Shown here one piece after another: positions 8,974 through 18,368 of a DNA stretch of 32,000 bases. The position numbers were made by a program, and so were the translations under genes. Each line of letters opens with the position of its first letter. Position 1 is the stretch's first letter. The DNA lies in the NCBI GenBank assembly GCA_038889235.1, contig JAWAHN010000001.1, positions 584,499 through 616,498 on the forward strand. Direction: 5' to 3'. Below the pieces are notes generated by a model. The model made no database searches. It worked only from the letters and a program-made list of their open reading frames with translations, and was not told the origin of the DNA. This stretch comes from Candidatus Jordarchaeales archaeon. GTDB lineage: Archaea; Asgardarchaeota; Jordiarchaeia; Jordiarchaeales; Freyrarchaeaceae.

Positions 8974-10434
8974 ATGTTCAGGATGGACAAGGAAGGCGGT
9001 ATTTTGCACATACCATACGAGAGGCGTCTTATAAGGCGTCTCAGTATCACAGAGGCTGTTACGATAGGTGTCGGAGCAAGTATAGGTGCAGGAGTGTTTA
9101 CATCCATAAACCTGGCGATGTGGGAGTCTGGTATAGGGAGTGTTTTAACTTTTCTTCTTTGCAGCATCTCAGCATTTCTTGTAGGTTATAGTTACATCAA
9201 GCTTTCTTCTATTTACCCTGAGAGTGGTGCGAGCTACTCGTATATCGCAAAGGCATTTAAACACCCCTTCATTGTTTTTGTGTCGGGCTGCACCTTGTGG
9301 TTTGCCTACGTAATTGCGTGTTCAACGTATACTGTTGGTTTTGCAAACTACTTTAGCTATGTATTAAACTGGGAGAATAAATGGGTAATCGACTTACTGC
9401 TTGAAGTTAACGGGCTGCGTTATGCCTCGCAATTGGTATGGAGCCTTGTAATGCCGTCGCACACTAAGAAGCTTTTGATGGTTATTCTGACCGCCGTTTT
9501 CACGTGTCTTAACATAATTGGGGTTTCAGAGACCGGCAAGATACAGACAGGAATGGTTATTGGGAAAGTGTTAATACTTCTCTTCTTCGTCGCCGTAGGT
9601 CTCATAGAAACCCTTTCAAGGCCAAAGGTAGCGTTTTTATCGTCTCAACCCGAGATTTTGCTTTCACAAATCTACACTTACTACATTCCATTGCTGTTTC
9701 CATTTAAGAATGCATTGTGGGGGGTGTTTTCTGCGGTTGCCGTGGTTTTCATCGCTTTTGAGGGATTCGACTTGATACCTACAGCCGGCGAGGAGCTCAA
9801 GGACCCGAGGGTGATAGGAAAGGCGATTTTGATTACAATAGCATCAATCTCCATAATTTATATACTTACACTTTTCACCCTAATGCTTCTAGTTCCATGG
9901 TACCAGACAGGGGTAAGCGAGGCACCTTTAGCTGAAGCGATGAGGGAAACGTGGTTGAACGGGTGGGGGGAAGCCGTATTAGTTGCTGGAGGAATACTTT
10001 CAACTGCTTCAGCTTTTAACGCCACGCTTTTTGGGGCATCCAGGTTAATGTTTGCCATGGCTAGAGAGAACGTACTACCCGAATGGCTTTCCAATCTCAG
10101 TAAGAAGGAGCGCGTACCATACATCAGCATTTTATTAGCCGCGTCTGTCTCTCTTGCTTTCGCGCTGACGGAAAATCTTGAACTCGTAACTAGCACCACC
10201 GGGGTGGCTTTCATGACCATTTTCTTGCTTGTAAGCGCATCGAACCTTAAGCTTAGGAATAAAACAAGGTCCAATGCTCTGATACCGCTAATGGCGATTA
10301 TACTTTTATCTCTTTTCCTAATCTCTGTGAAAATTTACATCATGAGTATGTTCCTAATTTTGGTTGGAGTAATCGGCGTGTTGTACATAGTTTTCAGGAG
10401 AATGCAAGGAGAACGGGGCAAGGAGATTTTCTGA
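8974..10434 (+). CDS. APC superfamily amino acid permease
   Basis: About 12 hydrophobic segments. TM1 GASIGAGVF, ESGASYSY, TM6 AFEGFD...GEE.KDP, and SRLMFAMARE..LP. Confidence 0.92.
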   Translation: MFRMDKEGGILHIPYERRLIRRLSITEAVTIGVGASIGAGVFTSINLAMWESGIGSVLTFLLCSISAFLVGYSYIKLSSIYPESGASYSYIAKAFKHPFIVFVSGCTLWFAYVIACSTYTVGFANYFSYVLNWENKWVIDLLLEVNGLRYASQLVWSLVMPSHTKKLLMVILTAVFTCLNIIGVSETGKIQTGMVIGKVLILLFFVAVGLIETLSRPKVAFLSSQPEILLSQIYTYYIPLLFPFKNALWGVFSAVAVVFIAFEGFDLIPTAGEELKDPRVIGKAILITIASISIIYILTLFTLMLLVPWYQTGVSEAPLAEAMRETWLNGWGEAVLVAGGILSTASAFNATLFGASRLMFAMARENVLPEWLSNLSKKERVPYISILLAASVSLAFALTENLELVTSTTGVAFMTIFLLVSASNLKLRNKTRSNALIPLMAIILLSLFLISVKIYIMSMFLILVGVIGVLYIVFRRMQGERGKEIF

Positions 10435-11278
10435 GAAGGGTGTTCATGAAAGAGACGTAGGACAGAGGGATCATCTGTGCGATGCTCGAAGGATACTTCT
10501 TGCGGCTCGTTCCGACGATAATTATGTCTGCTTTGACCTCCTTAGCATAAGATGCCAGTCCTTCTGCTTCATTTCTCGCGTAAAGAGTTACAGGAGTGAT
10601 GGGCATACCAATGATTTTTATCTTAGAGCTTATTCGGCGTATGAAGTTCTCCTCTTCTTCCTTAACTTCTCTAGTGATATACGCTAGATCAATTGGCATA
10701 GAACAGTGAACTCTTATGGGGTAAACAGAGATTACTTCACCGTTTGCCGCTAACCGAGACCTAGTGAGAACCATGGCGACGCTGTACGCGTTGATGTCCT
10801 CATTTATGTTCTTGTGAACAATCAGCACCCTGTTTAGGACGTGTGGGATGGTGCCGTACCCCTTCGGAGTGTGAACGACTATCATTTTCGTCTTGCTATG
10901 TTTAATCAGCTTTTTAGCTACATCCCCAAGAATTCTTATTCCACTTCCTGAAGAGCAAACGCATAAATCGTAGCCTTTACCCAATTCGCTAAGCAGTTCT
11001 TCCGCTACACTTCTCTTTCTTTTTTCTCGATATGATACATTAAACCGTACGTTAAATTCCTTTGCGAGACTAGAAAGGGTTTTCACGAACTCCTGGTTAA
11101 CTTTTTTATCCTTTAAAACGTGGAAACAGGAAACTTCTCCCCCCATTTCTTCAACTATCTCAAAAGCGACGAGCGCAGCGTTAATTTCATCCTTTCGGCC
11201 GGTGAAGGGCAGTAATACCTTTAAGAGAGGAGTAAGCCACTCCTTCTCCGACAACCCTCCCTCCAGGGGAACATTCAT
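10394..11278 (-). CDS. Tandem universal stress protein (USP)-domain protein
   Basis: Two USP-like repeats: KVLLPF...HV...YDLCVCSS...ILGDVAKKLIKHSKTKMIVV and RVLIV...ADIIIVGT...LLRKSPCPVLL. Confidence 0.75.
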   Translation of the reverse strand: MNVPLEGGLSEKEWLTPLLKVLLPFTGRKDEINAALVAFEIVEEMGGEVSCFHVLKDKKVNQEFVKTLSSLAKEFNVRFNVSYREKRKRSVAEELLSELGKGYDLCVCSSGSGIRILGDVAKKLIKHSKTKMIVVHTPKGYGTIPHVLNRVLIVHKNINEDINAYSVAMVLTRSRLAANGEVISVYPIRVHCSMPIDLAYITREVKEEEENFIRRISSKIKIIGMPITPVTLYARNEAEGLASYAKEVKADIIIVGTSRKKYPSSIAQMIPLSYVSFMNTLLRKSPCPVLLAFS

Positions 11279-11425
11279 CGTAATCTACTCACCCCTTTAA
11301 GGTATGGATACTTTTGAATCCTCTGTTTAAAAATAGTATTCCCCCTACTTTAAAATAACGTATTAAAAGCGAGGAATTTCTCGAGAAAAGCTACAAAATT
11401 CTTTTGAGAAAAGTTAGACAGCATT

Positions 11426-11614
11426 CTAAACTATTCTAACTCTGGTCATGGGTTTCTTGTTTTGCCATGAGTAGCGCCTTATCCTCTTAGAGCGGCCGAA
11501 ACCGCACGCAGCGCACCTCTTTTTGCGCACGTGGTACGCGTGCCTGCCACATCTTCTGCATCTTATATGCGTCTTTTTGTTTTTCTTACCCATAGATGGA
11601 GTGCCTTTCACCAC
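11426..11614 (-). CDS. rpl37e: 50S ribosomal protein L37e (eL37)
   Basis: [24 protein letters not shown]...CAACGFG. Confidence 0.97.
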   Translation of the reverse strand: MVKGTPSMGKKNKKTHIRCRRCGRHAYHVRKKRCAACGFGRSKRIRRYSWQNKKPMTRVRIV

Positions 11615-11625
11615 GATAACCCCCC

Positions 11626-11877
11626 TTAGTCTGACTGGGATTTAATTGCCGGGCTTAACATAATTACATTATCTCCTCTAACAATTACGGTTCCTATTTG
11701 CTTGGGTTCCGAGTCTTTATCTAGTATTTCTTCAGCCTCTCCGAGTATTAGGTTCATGTGTGAGTCGAACCCTTTGAGCTTCCCTCTTAGTTCTCTGCCG
11801 CCTTTAAGTTTGACAAGAACTCTGGAGTTTAGTGACCTAGAAAGGAGATCCGTAGGTTTTTGTCCTTGGTTGCTCAT
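11626..11877 (-). CDS. lsm: Sm-like (Lsm/SmAP1) RNA-binding protein
   Basis: Sm1 (V.VKLKGG..LRG.L.GFD.HMNL) and Sm2 (IVRGDNV) motifs, in the conserved lsm-rpl37e pair. Confidence 0.95.
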   Translation of the reverse strand: MSNQGQKPTDLLSRSLNSRVLVKLKGGRELRGKLKGFDSHMNLILGEAEEILDKDSEPKQIGTVIVRGDNVIMLSPAIKSQSD

Positions 11878-12102
11878 ATGTTTTCCTCTCCCGGAAACAG
11901 TTACAACGCGAAAGTTCTTCTGAAGTTAGAGGCATATGTCCGTTATTTAAGGATATCGATTAGTCAACTTACGCTAAAAGTAGCTTCGAATAGAGGAAAA
12001 CATTAAACGGGTTAGGAAAAGGTCATCTGAGAAAGGTTATCTGCCGCCTTCTTCATGTTATTCATAAAGTTCATTGAAGGACCGGTCTCTAGAGGTGAGA
12101 GC

Positions 12103-12537
12103 TTGAACTCCTCGTTTATTCACGAGAAGGACGAGGTGAACTTAGAGGATGTGTTGCGGAAAGTTAAATCGAACCCTCGAATTCGTGAGGCGGGTGCAAT
12201 CGCCTGTTTTATCGGCATTGTTAGAGGAGTCACAGGGGATGGTGTACCCGTTGAGAGGCTGGAGGTGGAAGCATATGAAGAGAAAGCTAATGAAACTCTA
12301 GCTAGAATATGTAGTGAGCTCTCGAAAAGGGAGGGAGTAATTGACGTGCAGATACACCACAAAGTTGGAGTTTTCAATGTAGGGGAGGATTTAGTGTATG
12401 TCGTCGTCGCGGGAAAACATCGCGAGGATGTTTTTCTAGTGCTTGTAGAGGCTGTTGAACGCTACAAGAGGGAGGCTGAGCTGTGGAAGAAAGAGTATAC
12501 CGCTAGCGGAACTTACTGGGTAAGTGACAAAAAATAA
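12103..12537 (+). CDS. moaE: Molybdopterin synthase catalytic subunit
   Basis: GAIACFIGIVR, EAYEE, HKVG...VGE, HREDVF and LWKKE. TTG start at 12103 after GAGGTG (ORF track starts at 12055). Confidence 0.9.
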   Translation: MNSSFIHEKDEVNLEDVLRKVKSNPRIREAGAIACFIGIVRGVTGDGVPVERLEVEAYEEKANETLARICSELSKREGVIDVQIHHKVGVFNVGEDLVYVVVAGKHREDVFLVLVEAVERYKREAELWKKEYTASGTYWVSDKK

Positions 12538-12579
12538 AATAGGGACGGAAACGGGAAAGTGGTTGAGGTGAGTAAGCGC

Positions 12580-13074
12580 ATGGTCCTAGTGGGCGTCATG
12601 TCTGACTCGCACGATAATCTAGAAGCTATAAAGAGGGCTGTGGAGTTTTTCAACAGTAAAAAGGTAAAACTGGTTCTTCATGCCGGAGATATAATTAGCC
12701 CATTTACAATAAGAGTTTTTAGAGATCTAACCTGCCCTATCAAGGCAGTTACCGGGAATAACGATGGAGATCTGTTATCGCTTAGGAGATTCTTCGAAAA
12801 TAAGGGAGAGATATACAACTTTTTCCTCTCGTTAGAAGTTGATGGAGTAAAGATAGCGGTTAACCACGGCCACTACCCTGAGGTCTTAGATTCCCTAATC
12901 TCCTCTGGAAAGTACGATGTTGTAATCTGCGGTCATACACATGAAAAAGTGAACAAGATTGTTGGAAAAACACTGGTTGTGAATCCAGGTGAAACATGTG
13001 GCTACCTAACAGGGGGAAGGAGCATAGCAATTCTTGACACCGAGAAGCTGCAAGCAGAAATAGTAGAAATATAG
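12580..13074 (+). CDS. Metallophosphoesterase, YfcE/MJ0936 (Vps29-like) family
   Basis: SDSHDN, HAGD, GNND, NHGH, GHTH and NPG motifs. ATG at 12580 follows GAGGTG (ORF track 12559). Confidence 0.9.
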   Translation: MVLVGVMSDSHDNLEAIKRAVEFFNSKKVKLVLHAGDIISPFTIRVFRDLTCPIKAVTGNNDGDLLSLRRFFENKGEIYNFFLSLEVDGVKIAVNHGHYPEVLDSLISSGKYDVVICGHTHEKVNKIVGKTLVVNPGETCGYLTGGRSIAILDTEKLQAEIVEI

Positions 13075-13165
13075 AGGCTAGAACATCCAGCTTGCGTCCA
13101 AAACAACCTTTCTTTTAATTTACACCTTGCTGGGAAGTGTATCATCTGGAAACTTGCTGGGACAC

Positions 13166-14389
13166 TTAGCTACAAGTATTTGAGAAGTGCATGGTATCCT
13201 TGACTTTCCTCATTTTTGCTATGAAAAAGCCGGGGGTTTCATGCGTGTCGGGGAAGAAGCGTTGAACAAAACTAGCACTTTTACCTTTAACTCCTCTACT
13301 TCCAAGGTATAGTTGCTGCTCTTCGACCTCAAACCCAAGCTCGTTTATACAAAATTCCACATTATCCTCGTTTTCCTCTACAGTTAGTGTACAGGTGCTG
13401 TAGACTAGTACGCCTCCGGGCTTCAGGAGGCGCGCGGCAACCTTAAGGAATTGGCGCTGGTATCTTGCCACGGCTTTAATAGCTTCTAGGTTCTTTTCCT
13501 CGTAAAGCTTGGGTCTTACCCCCAAATCGGAGCAAGGCGGGTCTACCAGAACAGCGTCAGCCTTTAAGTTGGGATATTCTAAGTCGAGAAACAGGGAGTT
13601 TTTAACTGCAACAATAACGTTTTTCAGTTTCATGCGTCTTACCTGTTCCTCCATCTTGCAAGCTCTAGCTTTGGACCTGTCGAACGCTAAAACTAACCCT
13701 TCGCCCCGCATCAACTGGGCAATGTGCGTGGCTTTCCCCCCGGGAGCAGCACACATGTCTACGACTAGGCTTCCGGGTTTTGGATCCAGAATGCGACTGG
13801 TTAAAATTGAGGGGAGACTTTGCTCATAAACATAACCTTCCTCGTAGAGGGGGGTTCCTCTAATGCTTGGAACCTTGTAGATGGATTTAACCACTTTGAC
13901 TGCAACACCTTTTCTCGCCGCAAGGATTTCCTTTGAATTCATTAGAGCTATGCCTAGTGCGATTTGCTCCCCATGCTTGTCGACTATGGCTACTCGGTCT
14001 CCTTTTTTTACGTCCTTGGCTGAGATCACTCCTGGAACGTAAAGGTCTGCCCCCATCATTACGGACTCGCAAGCAAACTTGTCGGCCACAACTTTTTTCT
14101 CGCAAGGTTCTATTTCAAAAGGTCCTTCGACTGGTATACCCACCGCTTCTTCAAGCTGCGGGTGTGGAATAGCTCTAATGCCGATTTCCTCCAGCATATC
14201 AATTATTTTGTCTCTGTCTACTAGCATCGTGTTGACTCGAAGGTAGTAAATTGGCGGTGGCGTCCTAAGACATGTAAGGATGCGTTCACATTTCTCAAAT
14301 CCAAAAGTTTCTGAAAGCAGTGCTACTATGTCTGGAGGAAAGCGGTGCTGTTCTGCCAGTTTAGCTATGCGCTCATCAACGGTTATCAT
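13166..14389 (-). CDS. RsmB/NOP2-class RNA m5C methyltransferase with PUA domain (NSUN6-like)
   Basis: PUA (ESVMMGADLYVPGV), DMCAAPGGKATH, VLVDPPCS, VYSTCT and RFFP..H...GFFIAK. Confidence 0.9.
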   Translation of the reverse strand: MITVDERIAKLAEQHRFPPDIVALLSETFGFEKCERILTCLRTPPPIYYLRVNTMLVDRDKIIDMLEEIGIRAIPHPQLEEAVGIPVEGPFEIEPCEKKVVADKFACESVMMGADLYVPGVISAKDVKKGDRVAIVDKHGEQIALGIALMNSKEILAARKGVAVKVVKSIYKVPSIRGTPLYEEGYVYEQSLPSILTSRILDPKPGSLVVDMCAAPGGKATHIAQLMRGEGLVLAFDRSKARACKMEEQVRRMKLKNVIVAVKNSLFLDLEYPNLKADAVLVDPPCSDLGVRPKLYEEKNLEAIKAVARYQRQFLKVAARLLKPGGVLVYSTCTLTVEENEDNVEFCINELGFEVEEQQLYLGSRGVKGKSASFVQRFFPDTHETPGFFIAKMRKVKDTMHFSNTCS

Positions 14390-14941
14390 TTATGTTCTCC
14401 TCCTTTTAGAACGAACCCTTCTGAGTGGACTACCGCAAACTTCACAAGTTTCACTTGGGTAATCTGTTGGATACTTCTGCCTGCAAGAAGGACAGAAAAG
14501 TGCCCACTTGACTACACTACGTATCCCTTCACGCACAAGGGTTTTGAATGTGAAGCCAGCGTCGCGGGCAACGTTTTGCAGAGCGTAGTCGTCGGTAACT
14601 ATTATAGGTTCATAACCTTCAGCGGCAAGGTCGAAAGCTAAGGCGATAATGTGCTTATCAACTAACGAGAGAACTCTGGAGTCGCCCGTCCTCCTCGCAA
14701 CCTCTTCAGCTAGCTTCATTCCTTCACTGCTGGGATTCCTAACTATGACCACTCCACTTTTTGCCGCAGCTTCGAAGAGGGAGCGAGAACGTAGATCCTT
14801 GAGCTCTTCTTCGACCGCGAAAGGAGTATAATGTTTCTCTTCAACAAAGAAGGGGGAATAACCACTAATGAAAGCAGACGAGTCGAGTACAAAAACTCTT
14901 TTCTTTTGTCTCTCTAGTTTCTCCTTAAAACCGTCAGTCAT
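14390..14941 (-). CDS. nob1: Nob1 endonuclease (PIN domain plus Zn ribbon)
   Basis: VLDSSAFI, LS.VD, TDDYALQNVA, and Zn ribbon CPSC...CEVCGSPL. Confidence 0.92.
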   Translation of the reverse strand: MTDGFKEKLERQKKRVFVLDSSAFISGYSPFFVEEKHYTPFAVEEELKDLRSRSLFEAAAKSGVVIVRNPSSEGMKLAEEVARRTGDSRVLSLVDKHIIALAFDLAAEGYEPIIVTDDYALQNVARDAGFTFKTLVREGIRSVVKWALFCPSCRQKYPTDYPSETCEVCGSPLRRVRSKRRRT

Positions 14942-15336
14942 CCTTTGACACGGGTGATCTTCTTCCTGCCCATTATGTCCCAGTATTCCACCTCGACGCC
15001 TTCAGCTATTTTCGACGCTATCTCTTCTTCCTTTGGAATCGGAGTCTCAAACGTCTGGTAAGTTTCAAGGTCCATTAACATCACGTTGTCACCCATGACA
15101 GACAACACTTGACCGTTTCTCTTTTCGATTACAGGCACTTCCACCTTGCTGTCAGAAGGAAGCACTATGTCTTTTTTAGACCCGTCAAAGAGACCAATAG
15201 CCACTATTCTAGTCTTAGCTGAACCGTGCTTACCAACTTTGGATGTCGCGAGGTCTACAATCCTGCATGGCTCATCGTCTATCACTATAAAAGAGTTTAC
15301 TTTCAGTTTGGAGACTTCGGTTATCCTTTTGCTCAT
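14938..15336 (-). CDS. eif5a: Translation factor aIF-5A
   Basis: Hypusine loop SKVGKHGSAK, plus PC.I, and MDLETYQTFE. Confidence 0.97.
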   Translation of the reverse strand: MSKRITEVSKLKVNSFIVIDDEPCRIVDLATSKVGKHGSAKTRIVAIGLFDGSKKDIVLPSDSKVEVPVIEKRNGQVLSVMGDNVMLMDLETYQTFETPIPKEEEIASKIAEGVEVEYWDIMGRKKITRVKG

Positions 15337-15588
15337 TTAAACCACCTTAACATTTTCTTCACGGGCATTGTTCTTGAATGACCTTAAATTTCTTCCTTGC
15401 TTATTTGAAGTTGTCGATAACAACGCCTCTGAAGTATACTAAAAATTCGAAAGGAAATTTGTTTATAGAGTGTCAGAGTAACACTAAAGTTCTAAGGGTT
15501 ATTGCAATACATAGAGGTGATGAAGCTAAAGGCGTTCTCTGGTAGAGTTGCTACAAGCTTTGTTGGAATATAAGCTGAGTTAGGGTGG

Positions 15589-16053
15589 CTAATCTATTTT
15601 TATTGGTGTCGCTTGAATTTTTCTGGGTAGAATTATTCTGAGTATGCCGTTTTTGAATGTAGCTTTGGCCTTTTCAGGTATGACTTTCTCTGGAAGGCGG
15701 AGGATTTTTCTATATCTCCGGAAGGATGTTTCGCGCTGTATTGTACCCCACTTTTCGAAGCGCACCTCTTTTTTCATCTCTGCAAGAAGCTCCAGTGTGT
15801 CTTCTGTAGCGTTTATTTTAATGTCGTCTTTGCTTTCTACATATGGTAAGTCAGCGGTCACTATTACACTTTCCGGCGTGGTTTCTACGTGGACTAACGG
15901 CTCGATGCAGCAGGTTTCAATGTCCCAGTCTGGTTTAGAGAAGCTTATTGCTTCAAACATGGACTCAACGAGTGCGTCTATCTCCTCCCCTATTTCGGCA
16001 AAATAGTTTAGTATCCTATCGAAGAAATCCTTTCTTCTCCTCCTTTCGTACAT
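15589..16053 (-). CDS. hsp20: Small heat-shock protein (Hsp20)
   Basis: EPLVHV.T...V.VTADLPYV..DDI, YRKILRLPEKV, A.ATFKNGIL.I.LP and C-terminal I-K-I (IXI) motif. ATG at 16053 follows GGGAGGGAG. Confidence 0.9.
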   Translation of the reverse strand: MYERRRRKDFFDRILNYFAEIGEEIDALVESMFEAISFSKPDWDIETCCIEPLVHVETTPESVIVTADLPYVESKDDIKINATEDTLELLAEMKKEVRFEKWGTIQRETSFRRYRKILRLPEKVIPEKAKATFKNGILRIILPRKIQATPIKID

Positions 16054-16069
16054 GGTACTCCCTCCCTGC

Positions 16070-16822
16070 CTATGAGTACATTGCTGGTAGTTCGTACTCC
16101 TGCGACTTGCCCATTCTCTCCATTTCAAGCATCGTCCTCTTCATTAGGTCTCTCATTCTGAGCCTTATTTCCTCTGCTTGTTCCTCAAGTGGTGTTACAT
16201 CTATACCTATGTTTATAACTTTGCTGAGAACTTCGGCTGCAGCTGCAGCGGCTCCGGGATCAGGGTAGTTAGGGTAGCTCTGGGATAGTAGAGTTAAGCA
16301 TGGTATCTTGTACTTCTCGCATTCCGCGATAATCCGCGCGTAAGGTCCAACTATCATTCCTTCCTCGAAAATTTCTATGCCAAATTTCTCCGCAATTTTT
16401 CTTACATCGTCACCTACTGGTATGGCGAAGACTTTTGGTTTATCGATCATCATCCTGTTCGGAACGGGTGTACCCCCTATTGGTAGCACAAGTGAGGCCT
16501 CTTTGAGTTTAACCCATTCACATATTTCGCGTGAAGTGTCATAAATTGCGATTGGTGGGATAGCTATTTCGGACACGAACAAGAGTAAGTCATCCTTTTG
16601 GTATATTCTGAGGGGGTGGTGTGGCTTCCCTTTATGGAGAATCATGATAGGTGGAAATAAATCCGACTCCACGTAGCCTACTTCTTTCATGTTCATTGTT
16701 TGTATCATGTGGTTTACGAGTATGACTCCAACTAAGCCTACGTCTGGCAATCCTATTATAACCTTTGGGTGCTCCACTTTTATGTGATCCGTCTCAACTA
16801 TGTTGACAAGCTTTCTCTCCAA
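16070..16822 (-). CDS. Proteasome assembly chaperone 2 family protein (PbaA/PbaB-like) with C-terminal HbYX
   Basis: GLPDVGLVG, SDLFPP, P.RIY, SE.AIPP, G.IVGP, PDPGAA, and C-terminus ...PAMYS. Confidence 0.9.
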   Translation of the reverse strand: MERKLVNIVETDHIKVEHPKVIIGLPDVGLVGVILVNHMIQTMNMKEVGYVESDLFPPIMILHKGKPHHPLRIYQKDDLLLFVSEIAIPPIAIYDTSREICEWVKLKEASLVLPIGGTPVPNRMMIDKPKVFAIPVGDDVRKIAEKFGIEIFEEGMIVGPYARIIAECEKYKIPCLTLLSQSYPNYPDPGAAAAAAEVLSKVINIGIDVTPLEEQAEEIRLRMRDLMKRTMLEMERMGKSQEYELPAMYS

Positions 16823-16899
16823 TAGCCATCCCCCAAAAAGATTTTCTTCTCATAGCATATTTGAGTGCAGAAAGAGAGTATATCTGTTTTTCTTCGATT

Positions 16900-18351
16900 C
16901 TATTTTCCTTCCAGTCTGGAGAGTATCATTTTGTTCGTGATGTTTGGGTCTGCTCTGCCGCGCGTCTTTCTCATAACTTGTCCAACTAGGAAGTTTACAG
17001 CCCTCCGGTCTTTTTTAGCGTCTTCGACTGCTTTTGGGAATTCGCGGAAAACCTCGTCTACGATTTTTGCTATGAATTCTTCGTCATCTATTTTCAATAG
17101 TCCCTCGTCCTCGACTATTTTACGTGGAGGCTTTCCTGTTCTAACAGCCTCTCTGAGTATCCTCTTAGCGATTTTCGCACTAATTATTCCCTCATCTATC
17201 ATCTTGAGCAAGTCCACGAATTGTTCAACTGTGATGGCCAGTTGGGTTACGTCTAATCCAGTTTCGTTTAAGTTTCTTAGAAGGTCACCCATGATCCAGT
17301 TGGCCAGCTTCTTTGGGTTTGGGTACAATTTGCAACATTCTTCGAAGAAGTCTGCCAGCTTTTTGTTGCTGGTTAGCACCGTGGCGTCGTATTCTGTTAT
17401 CTTGTACTCTGAAATGAAGCGCTCCTTTCTAGCATCTGGAAGTTCAGGCATTTGGGCGGCTATCTTCTTTATCCACTCTTCTGATATCCTTACGGGGACT
17501 AGGTCTGGTTCGGGGAAATAGCGGTAGTCACTTTCAGTTTCTTTAACTCTTAGTGAAACAGTTATCTGCCTGTCTTCATCCCAGTGGCGGGTCTCCTGCA
17601 CGGTGGCGATACCGTGCTTTAACTGTTGCTTCTGCCGAATTATCTCGTATTGAAGGGCACGGTAAACGTCTTTGAAGGAGGAGATGTTCTTTATCTCTAC
17701 CCTGGCTCCACCTTTAATTGATATGTTGGCATCGCACCTCATCGATCCCTGCATGTTCTCGCTTGAAACGCCCAGGTGTTCGAGTATCGACCTCAGTTTT
17801 TGGAGGAAGAAGTAAGCTTCTTCTGGTGTCTTAATGTCGGGTTCAGTCACTATTTCAAGCAAGGCCACGCCAGCTCTGTTGAAGTCAACGAGAGTGTACG
17901 GTGCGGTTGTTATCGTTCCTGGGTAAACAAGGCGAGCCGGATCCTCTTCTAACTGTATACGCCTTATCCTGACTCTCTTTTTTTCTCCATTAACGCTGAA
18001 CTCCACCCATCCGCCTACGGATAGGGGAACGCCTCCAGCTTTATCGTACTGGGAAATCTGAAAGTTTTTTGGTAGATCCACGTAAAAGTAGTTTTTCCTG
18101 AAAAACAACATTTGAGGAGAAATCGAAGAGTTAAGCGCTAAGGCGACCATTATGGCATATTCTACAGCTTTCTTGTTGAGAACGGGTAACGCTCCAGGGT
18201 GCCCTAGACAAACAGGGCAAGTAAGCGTGTTGGGGGGCATACCTCTGTAGTTAGCTGAACACTTACAAAAGAGCTTGGTTTTAAGGGCGGTAAGTTGGAC
18301 GTGAACTTCTAGCCCTATTTTAATATCAAGGTCTTCGTCCATTTTTCTCAC
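16900..18351 (-). CDS. gatB: Asp/Glu-tRNA amidotransferase subunit B
   Basis: IGLEVHVQL, KLFC.C, CPVCLGHPGALP, RKNYFY.DLPK.FQISQY, EED, NRAG..LLEIVTEP, VEIKN, YRYFPEPDL. Confidence 0.97.
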   Translation of the reverse strand: MRKMDEDLDIKIGLEVHVQLTALKTKLFCKCSANYRGMPPNTLTCPVCLGHPGALPVLNKKAVEYAIMVALALNSSISPQMLFFRKNYFYVDLPKNFQISQYDKAGGVPLSVGGWVEFSVNGEKKRVRIRRIQLEEDPARLVYPGTITTAPYTLVDFNRAGVALLEIVTEPDIKTPEEAYFFLQKLRSILEHLGVSSENMQGSMRCDANISIKGGARVEIKNISSFKDVYRALQYEIIRQKQQLKHGIATVQETRHWDEDRQITVSLRVKETESDYRYFPEPDLVPVRISEEWIKKIAAQMPELPDARKERFISEYKITEYDATVLTSNKKLADFFEECCKLYPNPKKLANWIMGDLLRNLNETGLDVTQLAITVEQFVDLLKMIDEGIISAKIAKRILREAVRTGKPPRKIVEDEGLLKIDDEEFIAKIVDEVFREFPKAVEDAKKDRRAVNFLVGQVMRKTRGRADPNITNKMILSRLEGK

Positions 18352-18368
18352 ACTCGACTTTCACGCTT

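Noticed and set aside
12580-13074. Metallophosphoesterase as a eukaryotic retromer Vps29 signature
   Set aside because: All metal-binding motifs match the widespread MJ0936/YfcE phosphodiesterases, and nothing is specific to retromer.
13087-13167. CTTGCTGGGA direct repeat (13126-35, 13153-62) and small hairpins between convergent genes
   Set aside because: Only two short copies with no spacer array, so not CRISPR. At most terminator-like, and not supportable.
16865-17521. 218-aa + strand ORF
   Set aside because: Antisense shadow of gatB, Ser/Phe-rich with no motifs.
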